Positions 21,661 through 31,571 of a stretch of 64,000 nt of DNA are shown piece after piece. How positions within the stretch are numbered: the first letter of the stretch is position 1; every line of letters starts with the position of its first letter. Below the pieces are notes generated by a model. The model saw only the letters and a list, made by a program, of their open reading frames with translations, was not told the origin of the DNA and ran no database searches. Both the position numbers and the translations under genes were made by a program. The stretch is from Rhodothermales bacterium (GTDB lineage: Bacteria > Bacteroidota > Rhodothermia > Rhodothermales > VXPQ01), in contig OX638293.1 in assembly GCA_951812335.1 (NCBI GenBank), positions 1,032,731 through 1,096,730 on the forward strand, in the 5' to 3' direction.

Positions 21661-22791
21661 TTACCCGGCCAGGGCTGGCTGCTCTTCGGCGTGCGTTTCG
21701 TCTTCGTGATGCTCCTCTACGGCCATGCCGAAGAAGATCGCCGACAGCAGCGTGAACACGAAGGCGTGTATGAACGCCACGGCGATCTTGATGAACGAAA
21801 TAAACAACGTGAATGCGATGCCGAGAGGGGCGACGAAGGTAGCCGTAAGGCTGCCGAACAGCATGTTGATCGTGAAGATGATGCCGATCAGGCTCAGGAT
21901 GAGCAGGGAACCGGACATCATGTTGGCGAAGAGGCGCACCGCCAACGCAAAATGTTTGGCGATCAGACTGACGAGTTCAATAGGCGCCAGCAGGCACTTG
22001 ACCGGGAGAGGTATGCCTGGGGCCCAGAACATGTGCCGCCAGTAGGCCCGGGTTCCACGCCGCTGTCCCACCACGAACGAGAAAGCGGCCAGCGTGAAGG
22101 TAATTGAAATATTGGATGTCGCCGCTCCTGCATAGGGCACGAGGCCCATCAGGTTACAGCACAGGATGAAGGTGAACGCCGTAAGCAAAAACGGTGTGAA
22201 TTGCTCGTATTTGGGGCCAATGCATGGCCGCGCAATTTCGTCGCGTACGAAGACGATGAGTCCTTCGAACATATTTTGGAAGAGTCCGCGAGGCGCCGAG
22301 ACGCGGTCTTCATGGCGACGATAGCGCTGCGCAAGCGTGACGAAGACGGCGACGGTGATCAAGGCGGCGAGGAGGCCGAACACAAGATGGCGTGTGACGG
22401 ACAGGTCCAGCACCATGCTTCCCAGGACCGGCTGCGGTTTGGCGTAGAGGTGCTCGTGGTGCTCGATGGCGGCATGGAGGGCCTCGCCGTGCAACACTTC
22501 CGCATGTCCGTCTTCTTCATGCTCGATCACGTACCGTTCCGACAGCAGCGCGGAGCGGGTGGAGGAAAATACATCTACCCCCCAGGGGTCTTTTCGCAGG
22601 AAAATGCGCGGGAGTTCGACGGCGCCGAACGGGGCAAAATCCAGGTATACGCCGTCTGCAGTGTGGGCGACGGCGTCCAGTTCTCCTTCCTCGTCGGCAG
22701 CATACGCCAGGCAAGGCGCAAGGCACGCGCAGCCTGCCAGAAGAAGCAGGACAACGAGGCGACAGCGTATGTTTGTGTTCAACGCCCTCAT
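21661..22791 (-). CDS. atpB: F0F1 ATP synthase subunit a (with long N-terminal extension)
   Basis: LAVRLFANMMSG motif carrying the essential Arg. Start taken at ATG 22791 (MRALNTNI), just after the upstream gene's stop. Confidence 0.9.
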   Translation of the reverse strand: MRALNTNIRCRLVVLLLLAGCACLAPCLAYAADEEGELDAVAHTADGVYLDFAPFGAVELPRIFLRKDPWGVDVFSSTRSALLSERYVIEHEEDGHAEVLHGEALHAAIEHHEHLYAKPQPVLGSMVLDLSVTRHLVFGLLAALITVAVFVTLAQRYRRHEDRVSAPRGLFQNMFEGLIVFVRDEIARPCIGPKYEQFTPFLLTAFTFILCCNLMGLVPYAGAATSNISITFTLAAFSFVVGQRRGTRAYWRHMFWAPGIPLPVKCLLAPIELVSLIAKHFALAVRLFANMMSGSLLILSLIGIIFTINMLFGSLTATFVAPLGIAFTLFISFIKIAVAFIHAFVFTLLSAIFFGMAVEEHHEDETHAEEQPALAG

Positions 22792-22828
22792 GTTGTGCGA
22801 TAAGAAAGCATTTTCCGGCAAGTCAGAG

Positions 22829-23125
22829 CTACAATGTCGGGGGTTGCTTCCTGTGGAAAAACCGGATTTCGAGCGCAAGTCCTATAAGGAACGTTGCAAA
22901 AAACCCCCCTAGCAAGCCTGTCGGAGCTACGGGCAGCCACCGCAAGGCAATGAGCAGTAAGCCCAGGGTAACCACAACACGGACCAACATGGCGCCTATG
23001 ACGACAGCCATTGGGTTGCGTGTGCTTTGCAGCGCGATTCGATTCGATAAAAAGCTTATCAGTACGTACGACACGCCCAGCAAGCATCCAAGTCCGATAC
23101 CGAGTCCTAATCCTTCCGTTTCCAT
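22829..23125 (-). CDS. small membrane protein, AtpI-like (ATP synthase protein I)
   Basis: 98 aa with three or four hydrophobic helices, immediately upstream of atpB. Confidence 0.5.
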   Translation of the reverse strand: METEGLGLGIGLGCLLGVSYVLISFLSNRIALQSTRNPMAVVIGAMLVRVVVTLGLLLIALRWLPVAPTGLLGGFFATFLIGLALEIRFFHRKQPPTL

Positions 23126-23261
23126 TAGCGCCGGAACGTTTTCCCCCGAGAGCGCGGGAAAATCCCGATCAGGAAATATACCCTTTTGCTAAAACGCCTA
23201 AATGTACAGGAAAAAGGGCTTGGAAAAAAAGCCAATATGCAATGAATTCAGAACCGCCTCT

Positions 23262-23525
23262 TCAGGCATGCGGCGTGCGCTTCTTTCCCCGGGATTCGCT
23301 TTTCTTCACCCCGCGCACCAGTTGTACGCACATCGAGGCCATGCCGACACATAGCCCTGCAAGCACGAGCCATGGCGTCGTGTCGAGCCATCGATCGAGC
23401 AGGACGCCGATGACAATCCAGATCGCCATGGTCAGCGCCGGCTCCAGCGCCAGGGAGAGATGCGACCCGGCCTCTCTGAAATCGCTGCGGGGATCGCCGG
23501 AATCGGCGCCGTTCGAAGCAGGCAT
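23262..23525 (-). CDS. AtpZ/AtpI-family small membrane protein
   Basis: 87 aa with two TM helices (…MAIWIVIGVLLDRWLDTTPWLVLAGLCVGMA…) at the head of the atp operon. Confidence 0.5.
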   Translation of the reverse strand: MPASNGADSGDPRSDFREAGSHLSLALEPALTMAIWIVIGVLLDRWLDTTPWLVLAGLCVGMASMCVQLVRGVKKSESRGKKRTPHA

Positions 23526-23543
23526 GGACGCTTCTCGGATAGA

Positions 23544-23954
23544 TTAATCGGGGACAGGCGCAGGGCGGTCGATTCCTTCCGCCGCCGGAATTTCGCTGGT
23601 GTCAATAGTCTGGTCTCCCATACGACATTCCCCATTGAATTTGGCGCCCTCCTCCACCATAAGACGGCCAAGCTGGATATTGGCGTCCACGATAGCCGTT
23701 TTTTTCAGCATGAGATTGCCGGACACGTTGATTACGCCCTTGATGCGTCCGGCAATGTCGAGCGAAGCGCTTTTGATGTTTCCTTCGATGTAGCCGCTTT
23801 CCGGGACAACCAGTTTGCTTGCGGTTTCCACGGATCCTTTGACGTATCCGCTGATACGCATGTCGCTGGACGATATGAGCGTACCTTCGAAGGTCGTTCC
23901 CTCGCTGATGATGCTCACTTTTGAAGGAGCGCCGCCGTTTGACTGCCTGCCCAT
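23544..23954 (-). CDS. bactofilin-family polymer-forming protein
   Basis: Repetitive beta-helix pattern (ISEGTTFEGTLIS…MRISGYVKGSV…IEGNIKSASLDIAGRIKGVINVSGNLML…). Start at ATG 23954. Confidence 0.75.
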   Translation of the reverse strand: MGRQSNGGAPSKVSIISEGTTFEGTLISSSDMRISGYVKGSVETASKLVVPESGYIEGNIKSASLDIAGRIKGVINVSGNLMLKKTAIVDANIQLGRLMVEEGAKFNGECRMGDQTIDTSEIPAAEGIDRPAPVPD

Positions 23955-24084
23955 AGTATTATGTCTCCAAAGTATTATGTTTCCAAGTATGTCCGTTCGG
24001 TTACGAACTGATTTTCGGGTGCGCGATGCGCTGGACATTTTTGTCGTTGCGCAACCTCGCAGGGAAGAGTACTGCCTTCATGGT

Positions 24085-25044
24085 CTATATACCCACAAGA
24101 TACGAACTGGGATCTTGTGCCAGGCCATTGTGCCAGAGTTCAAAATGTAAATGAGGCCCCGTCGTGAATTCGCCGGAATTTCCGCTTACCGCGATGTTGT
24201 CCCGGGCCTGTACGCGGTCCCCGGTACGCTTGTAAAGCTGCCGATTGTGTTTGTAAACCGAAAGATAGCCGTCCGAATGCTGGATCGCGATCGTGAAGCC
24301 TCCTTCTTGCGTCCAATCCGCCATCACCACATACCCATCCCCGATCGACCGTACGACAGTCCCCTCTTTCACGGCAATGTCTACTCCGTAATGCCCCGTT
24401 CTTGCATTGAACCTGCGCGTTACGAAGCCATCCACGGGAGTTAACGTCGGCAATACGATGCCTGGAAATCGGACAGGGGCTGCGTTAGCCATGCGTGTCG
24501 GGGTGTCGTTGCTTCCCGGAAGCAGGTCTATCGTGATGGCGGGCTGCCGATGATCGGCCCAGTTCGTCGATGATCCGCCAGGGGCCGGAACGACATAATT
24601 CTCTCCCGGCAAAGATGTTTCCGACGCCATGGGATCTGCCTCGTCCAGATCGATCTGCCCGAGAAAGACCTGTCGGAGTCGAGCCATATACTCTTCCTGC
24701 GCCGCAAGAGAGTCCTGCAATGCATCGATGCGCAGTGCGTTCAATCTGGCGCCCTGGCGTATTTCTCCCGATCCATACTCCGGTAGTAACCTGTTCAAGG
24801 GAGGTAATAGAAACAACAGAGCGATCACAAATGCAGCAAGGAAGAGCACGCCTCCGGACAGCACCAGCAATACATGGCGGGGAACGATCCGGTATTGCCC
24901 GGCCGGTTTGCCGGAGCCTTCACGTATTACTACAAAGGTCGATATCGCCTTGCCCCTTCTGAAAAACTCTTGCAAAAACGAAAACATTGCCGAAACGCCC
25001 TCCTCCGGCGTTATGAGGTCAAAAATATGGAACCCGATGGACAA
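24085..25044 (-). CDS. M23-family metallopeptidase, membrane-anchored
   Basis: HYGVDIAV…GDGYVV…GNSGEFTTGPHLHFELW (HxxxD and HxH M23 motifs). One N-terminal TM helix. The start could instead be ATG 24987. Confidence 0.85.
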   Translation of the reverse strand: MSIGFHIFDLITPEEGVSAMFSFLQEFFRRGKAISTFVVIREGSGKPAGQYRIVPRHVLLVLSGGVLFLAAFVIALLFLLPPLNRLLPEYGSGEIRQGARLNALRIDALQDSLAAQEEYMARLRQVFLGQIDLDEADPMASETSLPGENYVVPAPGGSSTNWADHRQPAITIDLLPGSNDTPTRMANAAPVRFPGIVLPTLTPVDGFVTRRFNARTGHYGVDIAVKEGTVVRSIGDGYVVMADWTQEGGFTIAIQHSDGYLSVYKHNRQLYKRTGDRVQARDNIAVSGNSGEFTTGPHLHFELWHNGLAQDPSSYLVGI

Positions 25045-25165
25045 CCAGGACTTATAAGGTTCCTTTTACGAACGTTCTTCAGGATTTGCCGTGTCATTTC
25101 CGGTCCGTTAGATACCCGGTCGGCGGATACGTTGCCGAACGAAATTCAAACAGTGCAGAACCAAC

Positions 25166-25420
25166 ATGCCCCAACACAAGTCAGCAGTCAAGCGGGTCCG
25201 CCAGGATAGCGAACGCCGTGAACGCAATCGGGTTCACCGCGGCGCCATGCGGACCATGATACGCAAACTGCGCGGTACCACCGACAAGGAGGAAGGGCAG
25301 GCCCTGCTTTCTCAGGTGAAACATACGCTGGATCGGCTGGCCTCGCAGGGAATTATTCACAAAAACAAGGCCGCCAATTCCAAGAGCAAACTGGAGAAGT
25401 ACGTAAACGGGCTCGAATAG
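25166..25420 (+). CDS. rpsT: 30S ribosomal protein S20
   Basis: MPQHKSAVKRVRQDSERRERN… 84 aa, basic. Confidence 0.95.
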   Translation: MPQHKSAVKRVRQDSERRERNRVHRGAMRTMIRKLRGTTDKEEGQALLSQVKHTLDRLASQGIIHKNKAANSKSKLEKYVNGLE

Positions 25421-25577
25421 GCGGGTAGGCGCTGGGTGTTCCTCTGTTTTTTGCCCGGAAACCACTTGGTTTCGGGCGGCTTGCGCTTCCATGTGAAAAT
25501 TGCGCATTTTCGCAATTCGTTTCGTACATTGTCCGCAAATTATCCCGACCTTATCCGCTATGCCTTCGACGACGACT

Positions 25578-27101
25578 ATGCCTGTTTCATGGCAGAATAT
25601 TTGCTCCGCCTTACTGGTCGGAGCGTTTTCACTTCTTCTCATACCGGATGCGCACGCGCAGAACATGCGGGCGGACGGCACTTTTTTCGTCAAGCCTCGC
25701 GTTGGCCTGGCGTGGCATCTTGGCGACACCGAAAGATCGCCCTTCAATTTCAATCTGGACAGTTGGGATTCCGAATGTTGCGGCACGCCGTATGCGGGCG
25801 GGATCGAATTCGGATATCAGTTTGACCAGAATGGCAGTCTGGCTCTGGCGCTCCAGCGCACCAATCACCCGCTTTCGCTCGTTTACACTCCGGAAGCTCC
25901 TATGAATGGCGGTGCAGTCTCCGGCGGCGGGTACACCGGCTTCCAGGCGCTGTACCGCTATGGCGGATCCTCGCGCATCGCGCCGTTCCTGACGGCCGGA
26001 GCGCACGTCACGAGTGGAAGCCTGGCGGGTACCACGTACGGCCCGGTACTGGGCGTCGGTCTTGATATGGTCGTCAGCGATCGCGCGTCGATTGTCATCG
26101 AAAATATTTCCAACCTGGCTTTCCCGGATGACGGGTTTGACAATACGAACGGAGGAAATGACGGCTTTCTTTCCTTCGATCTGGTGAGTTCGCTTTCCGT
26201 AGGGGTCAGGATCAGCCTCGAGAGTGCATTCACGCCGGTAGAGATTTCTGGATCGACCTGCCCGAGTATTCTCGGCGCTAACGAAACAGGTTCCTTTACC
26301 GTCGATACGAATCCCGAAGCTACGCAGCCCGTCAATGTACATTGGGATTTCGGGGACGGCGGCATGGCTACCGGCATGGCGGCTACACATAGTTTCGCAT
26401 CCGGCGGTATGTACGATGTGACGGTTACCGTCGACAATGGCCGCGAAGAGGTGTCGGCCATGTGTTCCGTTCAGATCATAGAAGCCCCGACCGTCGTAGC
26501 CATAGACGCAAGCGATACGCATTTCGAAGTGTGCCAGCCTCAAGAGGTCGCATTTTCAGTTCGTGCGGAGAGCGAGGGTTCCACCACGTATAATTGGGAT
26601 TTCGGCGACGGAAGCACGGGCATGGGTGCGGAAGCCTCGCACACGTATACCGAGGGCGGTACCTACACGGTGACGGTGACGGTAGAAAACGAAGGCGGTA
26701 CGGACACAGAATCGATTACGGTGACGGCGATGCCGTGTCTCGCCGCCATCTGCTACGACATTACGGAGATGAATGCGGCCTATTTCGACCGGAATGCAAG
26801 CATGTTGACCGAGGAAGGGAGTACGGCGCTTGCGGAAAACGCCGATATTTTTGGACAGTGCCCGAATCTGTGTGGAGAAATTGTCGGCTACGCCGCCCCG
26901 GGTGAGCGCGATGCGCAGCAACTTTCCGACGAGCGTGCCCGTATCGTCGAGCAGTTCTACACCGAAAACGGTTTGGCTGCAAGCCGCTTCCAGACGGAAG
27001 GGCGCGGCCTGTTGCCGGGCACTACCAAGAAGGAGGGGGCGCAGCAAGCCCGCCGCGTGGACACAATCCCTGGTACGTGTGCCGGTTATTACGACGAGTA
27101 A
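25578..27101 (+). CDS. outer-membrane protein: N-terminal beta-barrel, two PKD-like domains, C-terminal OmpA domain
   Basis: Signal peptide ending AHAQ. Two WDFGDG PKD signatures. C-terminal OmpA-like segment (…AAPGERDAQQLSDERARIVEQFY…). Confidence 0.75.
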   Translation: MPVSWQNICSALLVGAFSLLLIPDAHAQNMRADGTFFVKPRVGLAWHLGDTERSPFNFNLDSWDSECCGTPYAGGIEFGYQFDQNGSLALALQRTNHPLSLVYTPEAPMNGGAVSGGGYTGFQALYRYGGSSRIAPFLTAGAHVTSGSLAGTTYGPVLGVGLDMVVSDRASIVIENISNLAFPDDGFDNTNGGNDGFLSFDLVSSLSVGVRISLESAFTPVEISGSTCPSILGANETGSFTVDTNPEATQPVNVHWDFGDGGMATGMAATHSFASGGMYDVTVTVDNGREEVSAMCSVQIIEAPTVVAIDASDTHFEVCQPQEVAFSVRAESEGSTTYNWDFGDGSTGMGAEASHTYTEGGTYTVTVTVENEGGTDTESITVTAMPCLAAICYDITEMNAAYFDRNASMLTEEGSTALAENADIFGQCPNLCGEIVGYAAPGERDAQQLSDERARIVEQFYTENGLAASRFQTEGRGLLPGTTKKEGAQQARRVDTIPGTCAGYYDE

Positions 27102-27143
27102 CCGCAACGCCGGAAGCGGATCATCGCAAGACGCTGCCGGAAA

Positions 27144-27178
27144 AGCGGGTCCGTCGATCAGGCGGGCCCGCTTTTTTT
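27144..27178 (+). terminator. candidate intrinsic terminator after the OmpA-family gene
   Basis: AGCGGG…CCCGCT hairpin followed by TTTTTTT (27172-27178). Confidence 0.55.
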
Positions 27179-27238
27179 ACGACGTTGCTTGCGCCGTCCG
27201 CGTATCTGACACCTGCTTGTTTCTATTTCCTGTATGAT

Positions 27239-28207
27239 ATGTCCATCGGATGCCATACCGACCCTGAAGCGCTGAGTCGGGCGCTCAAGGCGCGTGCCCT
27301 CAATCTGGGCTTTGATGCCTGCGGTATTGCGAAAGCCGAACGACTGGATGAGGAATCGGAGCGGCTGGAGCAATGGCTTCTCGAGGGACGCCATGCCGGT
27401 ATGGAATGGATGACGAATCATTTCGAAAAACGCGTCGATCCGTGCCGGCTGATCGATGGAGCGCGCAGCGTGGTTTCCGTACTCCATAATTACTACCATC
27501 CGGTGGATCCGCCCGTCCGCAAAACCGCTGGTAAAATCAGCCGGTATGCCTGGGGGGAAGATTATCACCGTGTCATGAAGGAAAACCTGTATGCGCTTTT
27601 CGAATGGCTTGGCAGGGAAGCGGGAGGTATTGAGGGCCGTGCTTTCGTCGATTCGGCGCCGGTGCTCGAAAAAGCCTGGGCACAGCGCAGTGGATTGGGT
27701 TGGATAGGGAAGCACACCAATCTCATCAACCGGTCTCTCGGATCCTATTTTTTCATCGGGGAACTCATCGTAGACACTTCATTAACCTACGATAGCCCGG
27801 CGGAAGATTTTTGCGGCTCGTGCACTCGGTGCATCGATGCCTGTCCCACGGACGCCATCTATCGCCCGTACGCCGTGGATTCCAACCGGTGTATCTCCTA
27901 CTGGACCATCGAACATCGTGGGGACGATGTTCCCGTATCGCTCCGATCCGGATTCGAAAACTGGATATTCGGATGCGATATATGCCAGGAAGTGTGCCCC
28001 TGGAACAAGTTCAAAAAGCCGTCGGGCGAAGAGCGCTATGCGCCTCGTCCGGGCGTTACCGATACGGAACTGGTTGCATGGGAGGAAATCGACCTCGAAG
28101 AATTTCGGAGGCGTTTCAGAAGGAGCCCCGTCCGGCGTAGCAAGTTCGACGGTTTCAAAAGAAATGTGCGCATTGCGCGCCGGAATGTGCGTGACAGCGC
28201 CGGGTGA
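27239..28207 (+). CDS. queG: epoxyqueuosine reductase
   Basis: Two 4Fe-4S motifs (CGSCTRCIDACP, CDICQEVCPWNKF) and HEAT-like C-terminus. Start at ATG 27239. Confidence 0.85.
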   Translation: MSIGCHTDPEALSRALKARALNLGFDACGIAKAERLDEESERLEQWLLEGRHAGMEWMTNHFEKRVDPCRLIDGARSVVSVLHNYYHPVDPPVRKTAGKISRYAWGEDYHRVMKENLYALFEWLGREAGGIEGRAFVDSAPVLEKAWAQRSGLGWIGKHTNLINRSLGSYFFIGELIVDTSLTYDSPAEDFCGSCTRCIDACPTDAIYRPYAVDSNRCISYWTIEHRGDDVPVSLRSGFENWIFGCDICQEVCPWNKFKKPSGEERYAPRPGVTDTELVAWEEIDLEEFRRRFRRSPVRRSKFDGFKRNVRIARRNVRDSAG

Positions 28208-28216
28208 TGCACGTTT

Positions 28217-29788
28217 TTATGCGTCAGGGTCTTCGCCCTGATTTTTCTGCACTTCGCTTTCTTCCTGTCCCGATTCCGGCCGGAGCAAGGGAAACAGAAT
28301 GACGTCCCGGATCGATTCCTGTCCCGTCATCAGCATGGCGAGGCGATCGATGCCCACGCCCAGCCCGGCTGCAGGAGGCATGCCGTACTCCATCGCGCGG
28401 AGGTAATCCTCGTCTATCCGCATGGCTTCCTCGTCGCCTCCGGCGCGTAACCGGGCCTGATCCTCGAAGCGGTTGCGCTGGTCGATCGGATCGTTGAGTT
28501 CGCTGAATGCATTGCACATTTCTTTTGCATTGCAGATGAGTTCGAACCGCTCTGCAAGTCCTTTCTCCGTGCGATGGCGCTTCGCCAGCGGGCTCAGCGC
28601 CATCGGATAATCGGTGATGAAGGTGGGCTGGATGAGGTGCGGCTCTACCTTCTCGCCGAAAATGTGGTCAATAAGTTTGCCCGTCCCCATGCTTTCGTCC
28701 ACCTGGAGGTCGAGTTCCCGGGCAATATCCGCTATTTCCTGCGTGTCTTTGTCTCGTAGTTGATACCCGGTATACTCTGCAATGGCTTCAAAGAGCGGCA
28801 GGCGTTTCCAGGGACGGCGCAAGGAGATCGTATGCTCGCCGGATTGCACATAAGGCGTGCCGTGCAATTCCATAGCAATGTGCTCGATCATTTCTTCAAC
28901 GAGCTCCATCATCCACCGGTAATCCTTGCAGGAGACGTACAGCTCCATCATGGTGAATTCCGGATTATGAAACCGGCTGAGTCCCTCGTTGCGAAAATCT
29001 TTTGAAATCTCGTAGACGCCCGTAAATCCGCCGACCAGAAGCCGCTTCAGATACAGCTCGTCCGCAATGCGGAGATAGAGCGTCATATCGAGCGCATTGT
29101 GATGTGTAGTGAACGGCCTCGCGCTCGCTCCTCCGTATATGGGTTGGAGCACAGGCGTCTCCACCTCGAGATACCCCCGGTCGTCCAGAAAGCGGCGCAT
29201 AATCGAAATAAGGCGCGCTCGCTGGCGAAAAACGTTTCGCACGTCCGGGTTGATCGCCAGATCGACATACCGCTGGCGGTAACGGAATTCCTTGTTGGTG
29301 ACCTCGTTATGTACGCCGTCGTCGGTTTCCTTGACTACCGGAAGGGGGCGAAGCGATTTCGACAGAATCCTGAATTCCTCGGCATGCACGCTGATCTCGC
29401 CCATGCGCGTCCGGAAGGCAAATCCCCTGACGCCGACAATATCCCCGATATCGAGCAGACGCCGGATGACATCGCGATAATATCCTTCAGGAAGATCGTC
29501 GCGGCGCACATAGATCTGAATGGAGCCGGACTCGTCCTGCACATCGAGGAAAGCGGCTTTGCCCATGACACGAAGCGACATGATGCGGCCGGCGATGGCT
29601 ACATCGTATCGATCCCGAGGGGGACGATCTTCACCGGGTTGATGCAGGTTATCGTCGAACGTATCGACGATGTCCGCTGTCTCGTCGGTGACATCCCACG
29701 CATACGGATAGGGATCAATACCTGCTTCACGAAGCGCATGCAGTTCTTCGCGACGGCGCTGTTGCTGCTCGTTCAGCGTTTCCGACAT
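28217..29788 (-). CDS. lysS: lysine--tRNA ligase (class II)
   Basis: OB-fold N-terminal region and class II motifs (…[20 protein letters not shown]…, [12 protein letters not shown]). Confidence 0.95.
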   Translation of the reverse strand: MSETLNEQQQRRREELHALREAGIDPYPYAWDVTDETADIVDTFDDNLHQPGEDRPPRDRYDVAIAGRIMSLRVMGKAAFLDVQDESGSIQIYVRRDDLPEGYYRDVIRRLLDIGDIVGVRGFAFRTRMGEISVHAEEFRILSKSLRPLPVVKETDDGVHNEVTNKEFRYRQRYVDLAINPDVRNVFRQRARLISIMRRFLDDRGYLEVETPVLQPIYGGASARPFTTHHNALDMTLYLRIADELYLKRLLVGGFTGVYEISKDFRNEGLSRFHNPEFTMMELYVSCKDYRWMMELVEEMIEHIAMELHGTPYVQSGEHTISLRRPWKRLPLFEAIAEYTGYQLRDKDTQEIADIARELDLQVDESMGTGKLIDHIFGEKVEPHLIQPTFITDYPMALSPLAKRHRTEKGLAERFELICNAKEMCNAFSELNDPIDQRNRFEDQARLRAGGDEEAMRIDEDYLRAMEYGMPPAAGLGVGIDRLAMLMTGQESIRDVILFPLLRPESGQEESEVQKNQGEDPDA

Positions 29789-29851
29789 GTGCTCGTCAGG
29801 ATACCGGCCGCAATGTCGGCAGGAAAGGCATGTTTTTTCTACGAAGAAGCA

Positions 29852-29928
29852 TGGTGGGCCCTACTGGATTTGAACCAGTGACCTCTCGCGTGTGAGGCGA
29901 GCGCTCTAAACCACTGAGCTAAGGGCCC
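29852..29928 (-). tRNA. tRNA-Val (anticodon CAC)
   Basis: Minus strand: GGGCCCTTAGCTCAGTGG…CTCACAC…GGTTCAAATCC…AGGGCCCACCA (CCA encoded). Confidence 0.85.
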
Positions 29929-29982
29929 CATACAGAGTATTGCGTTGCACGCAAGCAAGGGCATCCCGTTCCGGAACCACTA

Positions 29983-30630
29983 TCAGGGATGTACTACCTC
30001 TGCAACCATGGAGCCGACGGGCGTCGACCGACCCCGAAGTTCGCGCTTGATCCCGGCGGTTACGATCGATCGTGCGTGGCGCCACGGATGGGCATGATGG
30101 AGGCGCGGAGAATGAGGCAGTGGGTGAATCACAGACGAGTATGAAGATCGGCGCATCACTTCGCCTGTGTAGGAGACGGACGGGGTATCCTGCACGTGGT
30201 GAGATACCGTCATGGCGGAATAAGGCATTCGGCCGTTCCCGGATTGCACCCCTGATGCTCCCAGAACAAGCCCTATCATTAATACCACCGTCACGGCGTA
30301 GGACGATGCTACGGTCCCCTTTCCCGCGTCCTCGGAAACGACAGGTGAAGAAACACCGGGGCGGGACGTGTGGCCGGGGATGCAATTGCGCAACCGATCG
30401 TGCAAATCGCTCGGCGCCCGGCAACGACAAGCGTAACGGCACAGAAGCCGGCGTGTACGCCGGAGGCACTCGATATGCTCCTCCATCCCCGGATTGACGC
30501 GCACATACTCCTCGAACACATTGCGAACAAGAGGATCCATGGTTCCATCCACGTATTCGCAGAGAAACTCGTCCTCCAGGTTCGAGGCGTCGTAAGGTTT
30601 CGAATCGCTGTACCCGTTAGGCATAGGCAA
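29983..30630 (-). CDS. putative anti-sigma factor (single-pass membrane protein)
   Basis: Downstream of the ECF sigma gene. Cys/His-containing N-terminal region and one TM helix (VASSYAVTVVLMIGLVLGA). Assignment rests on context only. Confidence 0.4.
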   Translation of the reverse strand: MPMPNGYSDSKPYDASNLEDEFLCEYVDGTMDPLVRNVFEEYVRVNPGMEEHIECLRRTRRLLCRYACRCRAPSDLHDRLRNCIPGHTSRPGVSSPVVSEDAGKGTVASSYAVTVVLMIGLVLGASGVQSGNGRMPYSAMTVSHHVQDTPSVSYTGEVMRRSSYSSVIHPLPHSPRLHHAHPWRHARSIVTAGIKRELRGRSTPVGSMVAEVVHP

Positions 30631-30812
30631 ACTAATTCGATTCCGACTGCGGGTGGAAAACTTGCGGACGAAGGATACCTGGTACCGGATAGACTATACC
30701 GGTTGCCGTGTTATGTGACGCATAAGGCTGCTCCCGGATCCGGAAAAAGGGGTTTTCCATCACACCCTGCACCGTACCCCGACCTTATTCGTGCAAGCAC
30801 TGCAAGGCGAAG

Positions 30813-31475
30813 CTACTCCTCTTGTACAAAGTAGATATCCTTAAGGAGTATCTGAAGTTTCGTTCTGCCGCGATTAATTCGGCTTTTCACGGTTCCCATG
30901 GGCAACCCCGTGATCTCCGCGATTTCCTCGTACGACAGTTGCTGCACGTCCCGCAGCACGACTACCTCACGAAACTCCTCCGGAATTTGCGCCAGCGCTT
31001 CCTGGATGTAGAAATCCTGGATCGAGCTTTCCGTGTCTTTGTCCGGGGAGAAGGTTTCGTCCGGCACTTCCATCTCGTACTCTTCATCGTTCTTGTTGAC
31101 CGACTGGAGAGAAGATATCCGGCGCCGTTTGCGCTTCCGGTATTCCGACCGCGCCAGATTCCCGGCAATCGTGTAGAGCCATGTCGAGAACCGGGCGATC
31201 CGGCGGTACGAATGCCTGTTGCGGTAAACTCTCAGAAATGTTTCCTGAAGAAGGTCCTCGCATTCCTTCATGTCCCCGAGAAACCGATAGATATAATTGG
31301 TAAGCGGATCCTTGTAACGGCCTACCAGGATATCGAATGCCTCTACGGTTCCTGCCTGAAACTGCGACATCAGATCCTCGTCGCTCATCGGATTGAGCGC
31401 ATCCAGATACCGCGTATTCGGGTTCGTGTTTTTCCGGGCCGTGTTGAGGTGCTTTATGACATAAGTGCTTTGCAT
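30813..31475 (-). CDS. RNA polymerase sigma-70 family, ECF-type
   Basis: Region 2 (…DLLQETFLRVYRN…FSTWLYTIAGN) and region 4 (…LRDVQQLSYEEIAEITGLPMGTVKSRINRGR). The start may be ATG 31388. Confidence 0.85.
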   Translation of the reverse strand: MQSTYVIKHLNTARKNTNPNTRYLDALNPMSDEDLMSQFQAGTVEAFDILVGRYKDPLTNYIYRFLGDMKECEDLLQETFLRVYRNRHSYRRIARFSTWLYTIAGNLARSEYRKRKRRRISSLQSVNKNDEEYEMEVPDETFSPDKDTESSIQDFYIQEALAQIPEEFREVVVLRDVQQLSYEEIAEITGLPMGTVKSRINRGRTKLQILLKDIYFVQEE

Positions 31476-31571
31476 GGGCGTACATCCCTTGGTGTATGCT
31501 GAGGTCTATCGCACAAAATCGGAAACGTACGGTACCCCATTCTTATTGTGCGACGGAACTCGGCAATGTAG

